A DNA stretch of 64,000 nucleotides, from IMG/VR virus record IMGVR_UViG_3300028025_006190, positions 1 through 64,000 of that record. The stretch is one strand, 5' to 3'. The position numbers were made by a program, and so were the translations under genes. Origin of the DNA: a virus. How positions within the stretch are numbered: the first letter of the stretch is position 1; every line of letters begins with the position of its first letter. Under the pieces are notes generated by a model. The model had not been told where the DNA came from, made no database searches, and saw only the letters and a list, made by a program, of their open reading frames with translations. This document shows positions 28,230 through 47,934 of this stretch, piece after piece.

Positions 28230-31211
28230 ATGCCTAGTTTTGTTTTTGGTGCTGGCGGCACAAGTAACAATGGTGCTAGCTATACGGGTGATGTCTGGGT
28301 TCGCTCATTTGCTGGATATGCATCTGGGTTCAACAACAACATCTCTGGTGCTGGTGTGGTTGTCTATGACAGCATTACTATTAACGGCACCTACAGTAAT
28401 GCCTACCCCACGTACTCGGATGGCTATGCGTATTTGAACAGGGCCGGCGGCGGCTTTATGTACTTTAGCCGTTTTCAGGGTAACGGCGGGGTGGTTACAG
28501 ACAATACAGGGTATTCGTGGACCAATGGTGGGCTCCAAGGCACCGTCACATGGTCGACAGTCCCCGCTGTAATTAGCGCCCCAACCGCTACAGCAAGCAC
28601 TACGGCTCAAGGTACTGTTGCTCTTTCGTGGACCGCTCCCAACAACGGTGGCGCTACAATCACGAACTACAGAATTTTCTTCGAGACAAGTGCTAATGGT
28701 TCTACTGGCTGGTCTGGTAAAACAGAGGTAACAAAATCAACAAGTACGTCCACAAGCCATACGGTCACCGGTCTAACAGTCGGAACTTACTATCGATTTT
28801 ATGTAAATGCCGTAAACTCGCGCGGCACAGCAAACTACTCGACAGTTTCTGCTGTCCGCCAAGCCCCCGGTAACCCGGGAGCACCGACTGCTCTTACGGC
28901 CACAAAAAGTACTGCCGCTGTTGGGTCAGTGGTTCTCGGCTGGACCGCCCCGTCAGTGGTATCGAGCGGTATCACTGGCTATAACGTCTACGCCAGACTT
29001 TCTACTGGATCTAGAACAAGGATAGCTACTCTCACAGGGCCAACAACCTCTTTTACTGCAACAGGCCTAGTGCAGCGTGGCAGCTATACATTCGATGTGG
29101 CCGCTCGAAGCGCATTCTCAGACACCAATGCAACTGAGAGTACGGCATCGGCCACGGCCACCGCCCAGGCATCTGGTGTTTCGTCCCCGCCACTGAACTT
29201 GGTTGTTACTACTGGTGGTCTGGAAAATCAGCTTGTACTCAACTGGAGTGCCCCCACTGATACGGCAAGTGACCTCCAAGGATATTATGTGTACCGATCT
29301 ACGGGGACCTTGGCTGCAACAATCTCTGGTTCAACAACAACAGCTACTATCACTGGGCTGATTCCCGGGCAAAGCTATGGTTGGGATGTTCGTGCAAGAA
29401 CGACGCTTTCGGAGACACTTTCTACATTTGGTGAAGCATCGACAATCATATATGGTGTCCCCCTAGGAGAGCCAGACGCACCCACAATGACGTCCCTAAC
29501 GGTACTGTCAACTGTTGCCGGAGCAGCCAGACTTGTTTGGATCCCAAGCCCAGCGGCTGTTTACGCCAAAATCTACCGCACCTACCCGGATGGCAGCGCC
29601 TCGGACTCACTAGTTGCATCAGTCAAAGGGACAAGCTACGTCTTCTACGGCCTAAACCCCAATACTACGTACTACTACAAGATGTCGTCTGTCAGCTCTA
29701 CTAGTGAGGGACCGAAAACCTCGTCCTCTTTGTCTGTCACTCCGCTATCTACATCAGTACAAACCATTACCACCGCCTCGACTGTCACTAATACATCAAA
29801 CTCGGCAGTTTTTAATGGGACATATTTTGTTTCAAGTATTTTGGATGCTCAGCGATTTTCATATCTTCGAACAGCTTCAAATTTGTCCTCTACAGCAATT
29901 CCCGAATCATTTGGTGTACTGAGCAACCGAACAGGTGATGATCTTAGTGGAACATTTACAATATCTACGGGATCTCCAACAAGTAATCAATTTACTTACA
30001 CAAGCACACCTTCCTGGGGCACTCAGAACATCCCTACAACCCCCGTGAGTGTGTCGGTCACTAATAACACCAGTGCGAGATTTAATGGTGTATATACCGC
30101 ACAGTCTGACGCAAGCACAATTACGTACTCGGTAGCCGCGGGGTCTAATGTCTCGAGCAGGGCTGCTTCCGGGTCTGTAGTAAATCAAAGTAACAGCACA
30201 TATAACGGTGTATTTACCATTACGGAGGCAACAGAGACCACCTTTACATACCCAGCGGCTGCAAGCGGCTCCGATCAAGAAACTACCGCATCGGCGGGGG
30301 CGGTGGATAATCTCACCAACAGGACCATCTACAATACTGACGAGACTCTTGTTACAAGTGTCCCAGCGTACAACAGGCTGGTATATGACGCAAAACCTTC
30401 ATTTGTAAACAGATCATATGATTTTGCGACTAGCACTGCGGACTCCGATCCTGGAGATGGGAAGATTAGATTTAACAACGCCACTCTTGGGTCCGTGTCT
30501 TCGATCTATATCAGCAACAAGGACACCAGCCTTGCTAGCCAAGTAGCTTGGTATCAAATGTGGAATGATGGGCTATCTGTCACCAATAAGGGTAAGTTGA
30601 TTGTCGCGAACTCTTCTGGGCTGTGGAGCTTTACCGTATCCGGAACAGTAGTTTCAGCTAATGGCTACTACAGAATCCCGGTGTCCTCTCCGGTGGGAAC
30701 TTCTGTCCCCGCTGCTGGGGCCGTAGCCGTGGCTTTTGTTCCATTTGGATTCACGGATGCCCCCTACAAGTTCAGTACCAGCACAACTGTTGGCGACCCA
30801 GGTAGCGGGTACATCAGATATAACCAATCTTCTATACAAAGTGTTACTCAGTTGATCATCGACAGATATTCCAGTGAAACTAGCCCGGTTGATAGATTGA
30901 ACTGGATCAATAGTTGGTATAATCCGCTGTTCTCATCAACACAAACAGGGCGAATCTTTATTAGAAGTCGCAATACTATGGCGGAGTTCGCCCTGACTGG
31001 GGATGCTGTTTATAACTCCGGAGGATCCTACTTTACTGCCCCCGTCACTTGGAAAGCAGGAGATGCGGGAATTTTGGCAGCTGATTTCCCTGTATTGATT
31101 ACTTTTGTTCAAAGTAAAAATGCGGAGCTATATCAGCCGTACGGGGACGTACGAAAAGCTAATAGTATTGCAAACCTGGAGATACAATACCGCTCCGGTT
31201 GGCTTGGCTAG
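28230..31211 (+). CDS. Tail-tip protein with four fibronectin type III domains, five beta-domain C-halves and the Dit terminal strand
   Basis: Four FN3 patterns (LxWxAP...Y.F.V.A) at ~28560-29750; (F/Y)NG.(F/Y)...F.Y units at 29799-30398; two DPGxGxIR(F/Y)N repeats; ends LEIQYRSGWLG. Confidence 0.75.
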   Translation: MPSFVFGAGGTSNNGASYTGDVWVRSFAGYASGFNNNISGAGVVVYDSITINGTYSNAYPTYSDGYAYLNRAGGGFMYFSRFQGNGGVVTDNTGYSWTNGGLQGTVTWSTVPAVISAPTATASTTAQGTVALSWTAPNNGGATITNYRIFFETSANGSTGWSGKTEVTKSTSTSTSHTVTGLTVGTYYRFYVNAVNSRGTANYSTVSAVRQAPGNPGAPTALTATKSTAAVGSVVLGWTAPSVVSSGITGYNVYARLSTGSRTRIATLTGPTTSFTATGLVQRGSYTFDVAARSAFSDTNATESTASATATAQASGVSSPPLNLVVTTGGLENQLVLNWSAPTDTASDLQGYYVYRSTGTLAATISGSTTTATITGLIPGQSYGWDVRARTTLSETLSTFGEASTIIYGVPLGEPDAPTMTSLTVLSTVAGAARLVWIPSPAAVYAKIYRTYPDGSASDSLVASVKGTSYVFYGLNPNTTYYYKMSSVSSTSEGPKTSSSLSVTPLSTSVQTITTASTVTNTSNSAVFNGTYFVSSILDAQRFSYLRTASNLSSTAIPESFGVLSNRTGDDLSGTFTISTGSPTSNQFTYTSTPSWGTQNIPTTPVSVSVTNNTSARFNGVYTAQSDASTITYSVAAGSNVSSRAASGSVVNQSNSTYNGVFTITEATETTFTYPAAASGSDQETTASAGAVDNLTNRTIYNTDETLVTSVPAYNRLVYDAKPSFVNRSYDFATSTADSDPGDGKIRFNNATLGSVSSIYISNKDTSLASQVAWYQMWNDGLSVTNKGKLIVANSSGLWSFTVSGTVVSANGYYRIPVSSPVGTSVPAAGAVAVAFVPFGFTDAPYKFSTSTTVGDPGSGYIRYNQSSIQSVTQLIIDRYSSETSPVDRLNWINSWYNPLFSSTQTGRIFIRSRNTMAEFALTGDAVYNSGGSYFTAPVTWKAGDAGILAADFPVLITFVQSKNAELYQPYGDVRKANSIANLEIQYRSGWLG

Positions 31212-31243
31212 TGTAGAATAGAAATATCCACTAGGAAAGACTT

Positions 31244-41003
<9,760 letters not shown>

Positions 41004-41012
41004 GATATAGAT

Positions 41013-41774
41013 ATGGCACTCGACTTTCCCTCCAGCCCCACCAACGGGCAAGTATTTGGCGACTACACGTATGACTCCACCGCTGGAGGATGGCGTAGCA
41101 GTAAGCTGGAGGCCACAGGAGTACCCGCTGGAGGAACTGCCAACCAGCTGCTGTCTAAAGTAAACAGCACAGACTACAACACTCAGTGGATCACAGCTGT
41201 CCCCATTGCTAACGGCGGGACTGGCGTAGAGACTGGTGCTGGGATTACTCCGATCATCCCAACTAGCGCTACAACAGGCTCTGTTGGAGCAACAGGTACA
41301 GTAACGTTTTCTGCCCAGACAAGCATCAGCGTAAACGGGTGTTTTACATCTGCCTACACCCGTTACCGTGTTTTTGTAGATTTCACAACTACCAACATGA
41401 CTGGTACAAATACGACGTGGGTCTTACGGTCTAGTGGGTCGAATAATACAACTTCAAACTATAGTTACAACGGTTACAGGTTCATTGACTGGGCGGCTGC
41501 CCAGTTAAACGCAGCCGCTGCGGCTAGCTGGCTATTCATCGACTCAAATTCTCAAACAGGGACATCCTATTTGCAGGGGTACACCGATATTATGTACCCG
41601 CAACAGACAAGCCGAACATATATGAACCACGTGGCTAATATGTACGGTGCAGGTGGCTTCGACGGGTCCAACTATTTGGCGGGAATGTTTAACGGAACTA
41701 CGTCCTTTGATGGCTTCTCTATTATTTTTTCCGCTTCCTCAACAGGAACTATCAAGATTTATGGGTATAACTAA
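41013..41774 (+). CDS. Tail fibre-associated protein
   Basis: Begins MALDFPSSPTNGQ; Ser/Thr-rich beta protein ending GTIKIYGYN; follows the fibre gene. Confidence 0.65.
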   Translation: MALDFPSSPTNGQVFGDYTYDSTAGGWRSSKLEATGVPAGGTANQLLSKVNSTDYNTQWITAVPIANGGTGVETGAGITPIIPTSATTGSVGATGTVTFSAQTSISVNGCFTSAYTRYRVFVDFTTTNMTGTNTTWVLRSSGSNNTTSNYSYNGYRFIDWAAAQLNAAAAASWLFIDSNSQTGTSYLQGYTDIMYPQQTSRTYMNHVANMYGAGGFDGSNYLAGMFNGTTSFDGFSIIFSASSTGTIKIYGYN

Positions 41775-41971
41775 TGGATGAACTTACAGACGAAGAAATT
41801 GCGGCAATGCCTTCGGTTACCGAAGAAGACCTACAAGCTATACAAGCGTCTCAAGCAGAGTTAGACGCACAGCTTGAAGTTCAACGAGCAATTAAAGAAT
41901 CTGCTTTGGCTAAACTTGCCTTGTTGGGATTGACTGAAGAAGAAGCCCGCGCTGTAATCGGTATCATCTAA
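41774..41971 (+). CDS. Small fibre chaperone-like protein
   Basis: Coupled by TAATG; KLALLGLTEEEARA C-terminus is common after fibre genes. Confidence 0.6.
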   Translation: MDELTDEEIAAMPSVTEEDLQAIQASQAELDAQLEVQRAIKESALAKLALLGLTEEEARAVIGII

Positions 41972-41984
41972 ATTAAGAGACAAT

Positions 41985-42464
41985 ATGACACAAACATATG
42001 AAGTAAAAGATGGGGCAAGAACGCTCCAATTTGATGGTGTCCTTTTGGGCTCATCAACATCTAGAAAACGTGGATCTATTCGATGGATTGAGTTTGAGAT
42101 CTATAAAACAGAGAGTGGTTCATACATCCTGTCAAGGATTGGTGTATCTCTCGTTTATCACTCTGGGGCCTGTAATTTAGTCGATAAATATAAACTTCGT
42201 GAAGTTGACTCTGAAGATTTAGTCGATGGATCTATGCCTTGCGAGTTGTGTCAGCCCACATTCGAAGCACCTTTTCTTTTCCCGGAAAAACTGCGCTACT
42301 GGGCCCAGGTATCAGACGATCCGCAAGCTGTCTTAGATGCTCTCTATAAATACGATGAAAAGGGTGCCAGGTATTTGACCTGGGTTGCTAGTAGAGTGCT
42401 GGAAGAGGCTGCTGACAATGATCCAGAAATAGATTCCATCTATAGAGTTGAATATATTCCGTGA
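41985..42464 (+). CDS. Hypothetical protein (possible Zn-binding H..C / CxxC)
   Basis: 159-aa ORF with HSGAC and CELC, in operon context. Confidence 0.7.
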   Translation: MTQTYEVKDGARTLQFDGVLLGSSTSRKRGSIRWIEFEIYKTESGSYILSRIGVSLVYHSGACNLVDKYKLREVDSEDLVDGSMPCELCQPTFEAPFLFPEKLRYWAQVSDDPQAVLDALYKYDEKGARYLTWVASRVLEEAADNDPEIDSIYRVEYIP

Positions 42465-42715
42465 GTGACGAAGAAAATAGTGAAGCCCCCGCTCGAGCCG
42501 AGTATCCAAGCCCACTACGTTCTCTGATCACAGAGCTCCACGAGGTATATCAAGAGCTCCGTATCGTGGGGTTTTCTCGTCAGACTGCAGATAGCATTGT
42601 TGCCAACATTCTTTTTGATGCTATGCTTAGTCGTCCCCTAGACGAGAATGACGATGACTATGACGACGATGATGAAGATAATGACAAAGAAGACAATAAT
42701 GACATTGGAGTTTAA
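42461..42715 (+). CDS. Hypothetical protein with acidic tail
   Basis: GTGA overlap; ends 2 nt before polA. Confidence 0.65.
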   Translation: MSDEENSEAPARAEYPSPLRSLITELHEVYQELRIVGFSRQTADSIVANILFDAMLSRPLDENDDDYDDDDEDNDKEDNNDIGV

Positions 42716-42717
42716 TA

Positions 42718-44538
42718 ATGACTAATGGACTAGACGGAGTTAGTGTCCACTTTGTAGATAGCTCTGAAAAAGCCGCACAATTTATGACCTGGCTCAGCGA
42801 GCGTCGCCCCATGAGTGCTGTGGGTGTGGACATTGAGACAGGAGAATATCCGGGCACCGACAAGAAGGGTGCCCTTTCTCCTTGGCACGGTGATATCCGT
42901 CTTGTCCAGATCGGTGACGGTATGGATGGGTGGTCAATTCCCTGGGATGAGTGGAAGGGGGTCTTCTATGAGGCTATGGAACGTTTTGATGGCCCGATCG
43001 TCTGCCACAACATTGCTTTTGAGGCTCGTTGGTTCGCTGTAAAGTCTCACTGGGAGCTTCCGTGGCACCGAGCACATGACACCATGCTTATGGCAAAGAT
43101 TATCGATCCTCTTGGTTCTGGTGCACTTAAAGAATTGGCTCGTCGACACGTAGACACTGACGCCATTGCACTCCAAGACACCTTGGATCTGCAATTTCGA
43201 GACAACGGCTGGACTTGGGGCACTGTCCCAGTCAATTTTCAGCCTTACTGGTCATATGGTGCTCTCGATACCGTCTTGACTATGCGTCTTTTCGAGCAGT
43301 TTTATAGAATGTGTGGCCCCGGGGCTGCCTACAGCATGCCATACGAGATTGAAATGCAGACTCGTAAAATTGCCACTCGCATGGAGATCAACGGGGCTCG
43401 CGTAGACCTTCAATACTCACAAAAAAAGCTTGATGAACTCACTCAATACACCGAGACAGTGAAGAAGTGGGCAAAAGATACATACAACACCTCGATTACG
43501 AGCAATCTCCAGCTTGCTAAGACATTTGAGGATCTTGGTGGCATCATTAATGAGCGTACGAGAACTGGTGCCCCCTCTATGACTAAAGAGCAGCTTGAGA
43601 TTCTCTATATCAATGGGAATAACGAAGTAAAAATCTTGGCCGATGCTGCTTTGAAGCAACGTAAGGCTGACAAACTTGCTAGTTCATACTTCAGCAACTT
43701 CCTCAAGGACAACATTGATGGATTAGTTCATCCATCTATTGGCACGCTGACAGCAAGAACGGGTCGTATGTCAATTACCGAGCCGGCCCTACAAACTCTA
43801 CCTTCCGGGGACTCTACGGTCCGTCGAGCGTTTATCCCACGTAATGAAGACAACGTAATCATCTCCTCTGACCTCGATCAAGTCGAGTTCCGACTCACTG
43901 CTGCTTTTTCTCAGGATGAGAAACTTATCCAGCTATTTCACGACGCAGATGCGACCGGCGGTGATGTGTTTACGTCTATCATGCAACAGGTCTATCAGGA
44001 CAACACACTTCAAAAGTCTGATCCTCGACGCAAACTTATCAAAGGTGTCGTCTACGGAAAGCTCTACGGTGCTGGTGTAGACAAAATGGCTCTCACGGCT
44101 GGTGTTCAGACCCATGTGATGAAAGATGTTGTGGATGCATTTGACAGCAACTACCCCGGAGTAAAGGGACTACAACGCGGTATTGAAGATGCAGGTATGC
44201 GTCGTCTTCGAGAGGAGGGACTGGGGTACGTCCAGACTCGAACGGGTCGTCGTCTCCCCTGTGACTCGGATCGTGTCTACTCATTGACTAACTACCTTAT
44301 TCAGGCAACGGCTGCCGAGGTATTCAAACAAAACCTCATTAAGCTTGATCAGGCTGACCTGACGGAATATTTGATTGTTCCTGTGCACGATGAGATCGTT
44401 CTTGAAGCCCCACGTGATGAGGCTCAGGAAGTTATGAGAGTTGTACAACAATGTATGACTACAACCGAGGGATGGACTGTGCCACTGACTGCTGGTGTGG
44501 ATGGCCCGTTTGATAACTGGGGGGCAAAGTATGACTAA
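42718..44538 (+). CDS. polA: DNA polymerase family A (3'-5' exonuclease plus polymerase, no 5'-3' exonuclease)
   Basis: Exonuclease motifs DIET, HNxxFE, YGALD; TGRMS; motif A DLDQVEFR; motif B RKLIKGVVYGKLYG; motif C VHDE. Confidence 0.95.
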   Translation: MTNGLDGVSVHFVDSSEKAAQFMTWLSERRPMSAVGVDIETGEYPGTDKKGALSPWHGDIRLVQIGDGMDGWSIPWDEWKGVFYEAMERFDGPIVCHNIAFEARWFAVKSHWELPWHRAHDTMLMAKIIDPLGSGALKELARRHVDTDAIALQDTLDLQFRDNGWTWGTVPVNFQPYWSYGALDTVLTMRLFEQFYRMCGPGAAYSMPYEIEMQTRKIATRMEINGARVDLQYSQKKLDELTQYTETVKKWAKDTYNTSITSNLQLAKTFEDLGGIINERTRTGAPSMTKEQLEILYINGNNEVKILADAALKQRKADKLASSYFSNFLKDNIDGLVHPSIGTLTARTGRMSITEPALQTLPSGDSTVRRAFIPRNEDNVIISSDLDQVEFRLTAAFSQDEKLIQLFHDADATGGDVFTSIMQQVYQDNTLQKSDPRRKLIKGVVYGKLYGAGVDKMALTAGVQTHVMKDVVDAFDSNYPGVKGLQRGIEDAGMRRLREEGLGYVQTRTGRRLPCDSDRVYSLTNYLIQATAAEVFKQNLIKLDQADLTEYLIVPVHDEIVLEAPRDEAQEVMRVVQQCMTTTEGWTVPLTAGVDGPFDNWGAKYD

Positions 44539-45001
44539 GCATGTAATTGTTGCAGTAGATCCTGGTAAGGCTACTGGAGTGGCTGTATTTGAATTTGTCA
44601 AGGGTGAAGAGCCAGTGATGATTGAAACAGCAGAAGTTCAGTTTGAGACTTTCGCCCCCTGGGTGCGTAAGTGGCTTAATCACTACGTAATGGAGGACGT
44701 GTCTCTACATATCGTTTGTGAGAGGTTTACCATTAATGCTCAGACGGTGAAAAATTCCCAGGCTCCATTCTCTCTTGAAGAGATTGGTGTGCTCAAGCAG
44801 ACCATGCTTGATTGTGGGTTGGAAGTGGGAGATCTAAAATTTCAATCTCCAGCTGACGCAAAAGCAATGTTTGACAACACTAAGCTCAAGAAACTGGAAT
44901 ACTGGAGCAGAGGCGGAGAAGGCCACGCACTAGATGCTATTAGGCATGGACTGCTGTATATGGTAAAGTTAGGCTGGAATCCGCTGCCAAAACTTCGGTA
45001 G
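44531..45001 (+). CDS. RuvC-like Holliday junction resolvase
   Basis: VAVDPGKATG, VCERF and HALDA RNase H-fold motifs; ATG at 44531 overlaps the polA stop. Confidence 0.75.
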   Translation: MTKHVIVAVDPGKATGVAVFEFVKGEEPVMIETAEVQFETFAPWVRKWLNHYVMEDVSLHIVCERFTINAQTVKNSQAPFSLEEIGVLKQTMLDCGLEVGDLKFQSPADAKAMFDNTKLKKLEYWSRGGEGHALDAIRHGLLYMVKLGWNPLPKLR

Positions 45002-45027
45002 ATTCTAAAAACAAACTAAGGACAAAA

Positions 45028-46854
45028 ATGACAATCATTGCAGAACTCAATGAGTCCGGCGATCAGATTATTATTGACGCCGAGTGGCGTTATAAAGAGC
45101 TGTGTAAGAGCATCCCCGGTGCTACCTGGTCTGCCAAAGACAGTCAGTGGCGTATGCCCGTGTCTTGGTCTGGCTGCTTGGCTCTTCGGTCTACTTTTAA
45201 GACTCAGCTAGAGATTGGTCCAGCACTGTCTGCTTGGGCTATGTCTGAAAAAACTACACGGGTGGATCCGTCAAACGCTCTACGAGAACTTACCGAGATC
45301 GAGGGCGGATATGAAGACCTCTTCCCCCATCAGCGTGCTGGTGTTGAGTTCTTGGCAACTGCGCGTCGTGCTCTTCTCGCTGACGAGCCTGGGCTAGGTA
45401 AGACTGCTCAAGCTATCCGAGCTCTCGCCCATCTAAGCGAGCAGGGTGAGGATGTCTTCCCGGCTCTTATTGTTTGCCCCAACACTCTGAAGAAGAACTG
45501 GGAACGTGAGTTCGCTCAGTGGTGGCCAGGTATTCGTGTTCAGGTTATTGGCGGGACTGCCACAGTTCGACGTAAGCAGTTCGACACCCTCATTGACCCC
45601 GAAGACGGAGATCCGAGGCCTCATGTTTTAGTCATCAACTGGGAATCTCTCCGCAGCCACTCGCGACTTGCCCCCTATGGGTCTGTTGCCTTAGCACGCT
45701 GCCCTGAATGTGGTGGCCACAATGACAGCGTCAGCCCTGCTCGGTGTGAGGTACATGAGCGGGAACTCAACAAGATAGATTTCAAGTCGGTCATTGCTGA
45801 CGAGATTCACCGATCTAAAGATCCCAAGGCTAAGCAAACTCGTGCTCTGTGGTCGGCCACGGGAGATGCAGACATTCGTTTTGCACTCACTGGTACTCCT
45901 ATTGCCAACAATGTTCTTGACATCTGGACTATCCTCCACTGGCTCTCTCCCGAAGAGTGGCCGTCGAAGACTCGTTGGATTGACCGCATGGTAGACACGA
46001 TGCTTAATGCATTCGGAGGTCTCATGGTTATGGGAGTCAAGTCTCACATGAATGATGAGTTCTACGCCTCTATCAACCCTCGTATGCGTCGTATGCTCAA
46101 GCAGGTGGTGCTTCCGTGGCTTCCTGAGGTGATGGTAGATCGCCGTGACGTTGAGATGTCTGCCAAGCAGAAAAAGGCATACAACGACATGCGAGACCTC
46201 ATGATAGCTGAGTTGGAGAATGGAGAGGTTGTCACGGCACCGAGTGTTTTGACTCAGACTCTTCGATTGCTTCAGTTTGCAAGTTCTTACGCAACTATTG
46301 AGATTGATGAAAATACCGGAGAGCCTAAGACTCTATTGTCGGAGCCTTCTTGTAAGATCGATGCTCTAATGAATGATATTCAAGGTGGAGATTTTGGCGA
46401 TGACTCAGTTGCAGTATCCGCCGTGTCACGTCAGTTAATTGAACTACTCAGTGCTCGGCTCACTAAAGCCGGAATTCCTCATGGATTGATTACTGGAAAG
46501 CAGAGTGCTGATGAGCGTCAAGATGCTGTCGATGACTTCCAATCTGGCCGTACAAAGTGGATTCTATTTACAGCCCAGGCTGGTGGTGTCGGTATTACGC
46601 TGACTGCTGCTCGCCGTCTCATTCGCCTTCAGCGTCCTTGGTCACTCGTGGACGACAAGCAGGTCAATGACCGCGTCCACCGCATTGGTTCCGAAATACA
46701 TGACTCGATCATCATCACAGATTATGTGACTGAGGGAACTATCGAGGAGCGTGTACGTCAAGTACTCGAAAGCAAGGCAGATAACTTTGAACAAATAGTT
46801 AAGGACAAGGACCAACTTCTTGCCCTTCTTAAGCAGGAAAAGGAGAAAAAGTAG
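45028..46854 (+). CDS. SNF2-family (SF2) helicase
   Basis: LADEPGLGKT, DEIH, LTGTP, GVGITL and DRVHRIG motifs. Confidence 0.92.
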   Translation: MTIIAELNESGDQIIIDAEWRYKELCKSIPGATWSAKDSQWRMPVSWSGCLALRSTFKTQLEIGPALSAWAMSEKTTRVDPSNALRELTEIEGGYEDLFPHQRAGVEFLATARRALLADEPGLGKTAQAIRALAHLSEQGEDVFPALIVCPNTLKKNWEREFAQWWPGIRVQVIGGTATVRRKQFDTLIDPEDGDPRPHVLVINWESLRSHSRLAPYGSVALARCPECGGHNDSVSPARCEVHERELNKIDFKSVIADEIHRSKDPKAKQTRALWSATGDADIRFALTGTPIANNVLDIWTILHWLSPEEWPSKTRWIDRMVDTMLNAFGGLMVMGVKSHMNDEFYASINPRMRRMLKQVVLPWLPEVMVDRRDVEMSAKQKKAYNDMRDLMIAELENGEVVTAPSVLTQTLRLLQFASSYATIEIDENTGEPKTLLSEPSCKIDALMNDIQGGDFGDDSVAVSAVSRQLIELLSARLTKAGIPHGLITGKQSADERQDAVDDFQSGRTKWILFTAQAGGVGITLTAARRLIRLQRPWSLVDDKQVNDRVHRIGSEIHDSIIITDYVTEGTIEERVRQVLESKADNFEQIVKDKDQLLALLKQEKEKK

Positions 46855-46973
46855 TGGCTGCAAAAAAGACAACTACCACAAATGCGGATCGCAAGGGTGG
46901 TAAAGCGTGGAAGAAGCACCCAAAGGTGTTTGATAAGACCAAACGCCGACTTGTCCCCGATGTACCTAAATAA
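46854..46973 (+). CDS. Small basic protein (39 aa, MAAKKTTTTNADRKGGKAWKKHPKVFDKTKRRLVPDVPK), absent from the ORF track
   Basis: GTG overlaps the helicase stop (TAGTG); AGGAG upstream; fills the intergenic gap exactly. Confidence 0.6.
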   Translation: MAAKKTTTTNADRKGGKAWKKHPKVFDKTKRRLVPDVPK

Positions 46974-46983
46974 GGAATGACAA

Positions 46984-47934
46984 ATGACACTTCACAATAA
47001 TACTGACGAGGTTTATACCCTCTCCAACTCCGAGATTCAGACGTTCAAGGACTGTCGCCGTAAGTGGTGGCTGACGTACTACCGTCGTCTCAAGCCAAAG
47101 CAGCAGAAGTTTACCGGGCCTTTGGCTCTTGGTTCTCGTGTTCATGAGGCCCTCGATCAGTACTACACAACCGGTACTCCTCTCCTGGACGCCCACGCTA
47201 ACTTGGTGGAGCTTGATCGAATCAAGCTTGCTGACGATATGCGTGATCCTAGTGAGATCGACGGAGAGGCTGACCTCGGGCGGATTATGCTCGAAGGCTA
47301 TCTTCAGTGGGTCGAAGAGGAGGGAATCGATGCTGAGCTCGAGATGATCTCTACTGAAGAGATTCTCTCTATGCCTATGTTTGATGGGTCAATCGAGCTT
47401 CAGGGAAAGATCGACATGCGAGTCCGTCGCAAGATTGACGGTGTCCGTATGTTCCGTGACTTCAAGACTGTTGGTGGTTCGTTCTCGGACTTCTCGTCAA
47501 CGGCCCACATGAACGAGCAGATCCTTACCTACATGCTGCTTGAGAATGCCAAGAACGAAGGAACCGATGAGCGTTCTGAGGGCGGAATCTTTACCTTGCT
47601 CAAGAAGGTAAAGCGCACGGCTAACGCCAAGCCTCCCTTCTTCGAGCAGTTCGAAGTTCGCCACAACCTGTTCTCGCTACGATCGTTCTGGCAGCGTCTC
47701 CACGGAACTGTGTCGGACTTGATGCGAGTGAAGAAGTCACTTGATGACGGCGTATCTCACCTGGCCGTTGCGTACCCACGGCCTAGTCGTGACTGCACAT
47801 GGAAGTGCCCGTTCTTTTCTGTATGCCCATTGATCGACGATGGTAGTGCTGCGGAACAGGCAATTCAAGAGATGTTTGTGGAATCCAACCCATATGAGTA
47901 TTATGGGATAGAAGAGAAGAAAGGTACTGAATAG
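46984..47934 (+). CDS. Cas4/RecB-like PD-(D/E)xK exonuclease
   Basis: SNSEIQTFKDCRRKW, LGSRVH, GKIDM...DFKT and C-terminal CxxxCPFxxVC. Confidence 0.85.
   Translation: MTLHNNTDEVYTLSNSEIQTFKDCRRKWWLTYYRRLKPKQQKFTGPLALGSRVHEALDQYYTTGTPLLDAHANLVELDRIKLADDMRDPSEIDGEADLGRIMLEGYLQWVEEEGIDAELEMISTEEILSMPMFDGSIELQGKIDMRVRRKIDGVRMFRDFKTVGGSFSDFSSTAHMNEQILTYMLLENAKNEGTDERSEGGIFTLLKKVKRTANAKPPFFEQFEVRHNLFSLRSFWQRLHGTVSDLMRVKKSLDDGVSHLAVAYPRPSRDCTWKCPFFSVCPLIDDGSAAEQAIQEMFVESNPYEYYGIEEKKGTE

Noticed and set aside
28221-28232. Stop-codon read-through or genetic-code reassignment joining ORFs 25110 and 28230
   Set aside because: There are two consecutive different stops (TAG TAA). TAG and TAA end many ordinary genes here, and no suppressor tRNA is present (the TAG-anticodon tRNA is Leu, reading CUA).
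46984-47934. CRISPR-Cas system suggested by the Cas4-like nuclease
   Set aside because: No repeat-spacer array or other cas genes; nuclease-ATPase-SSB is a standard phage recombination module.
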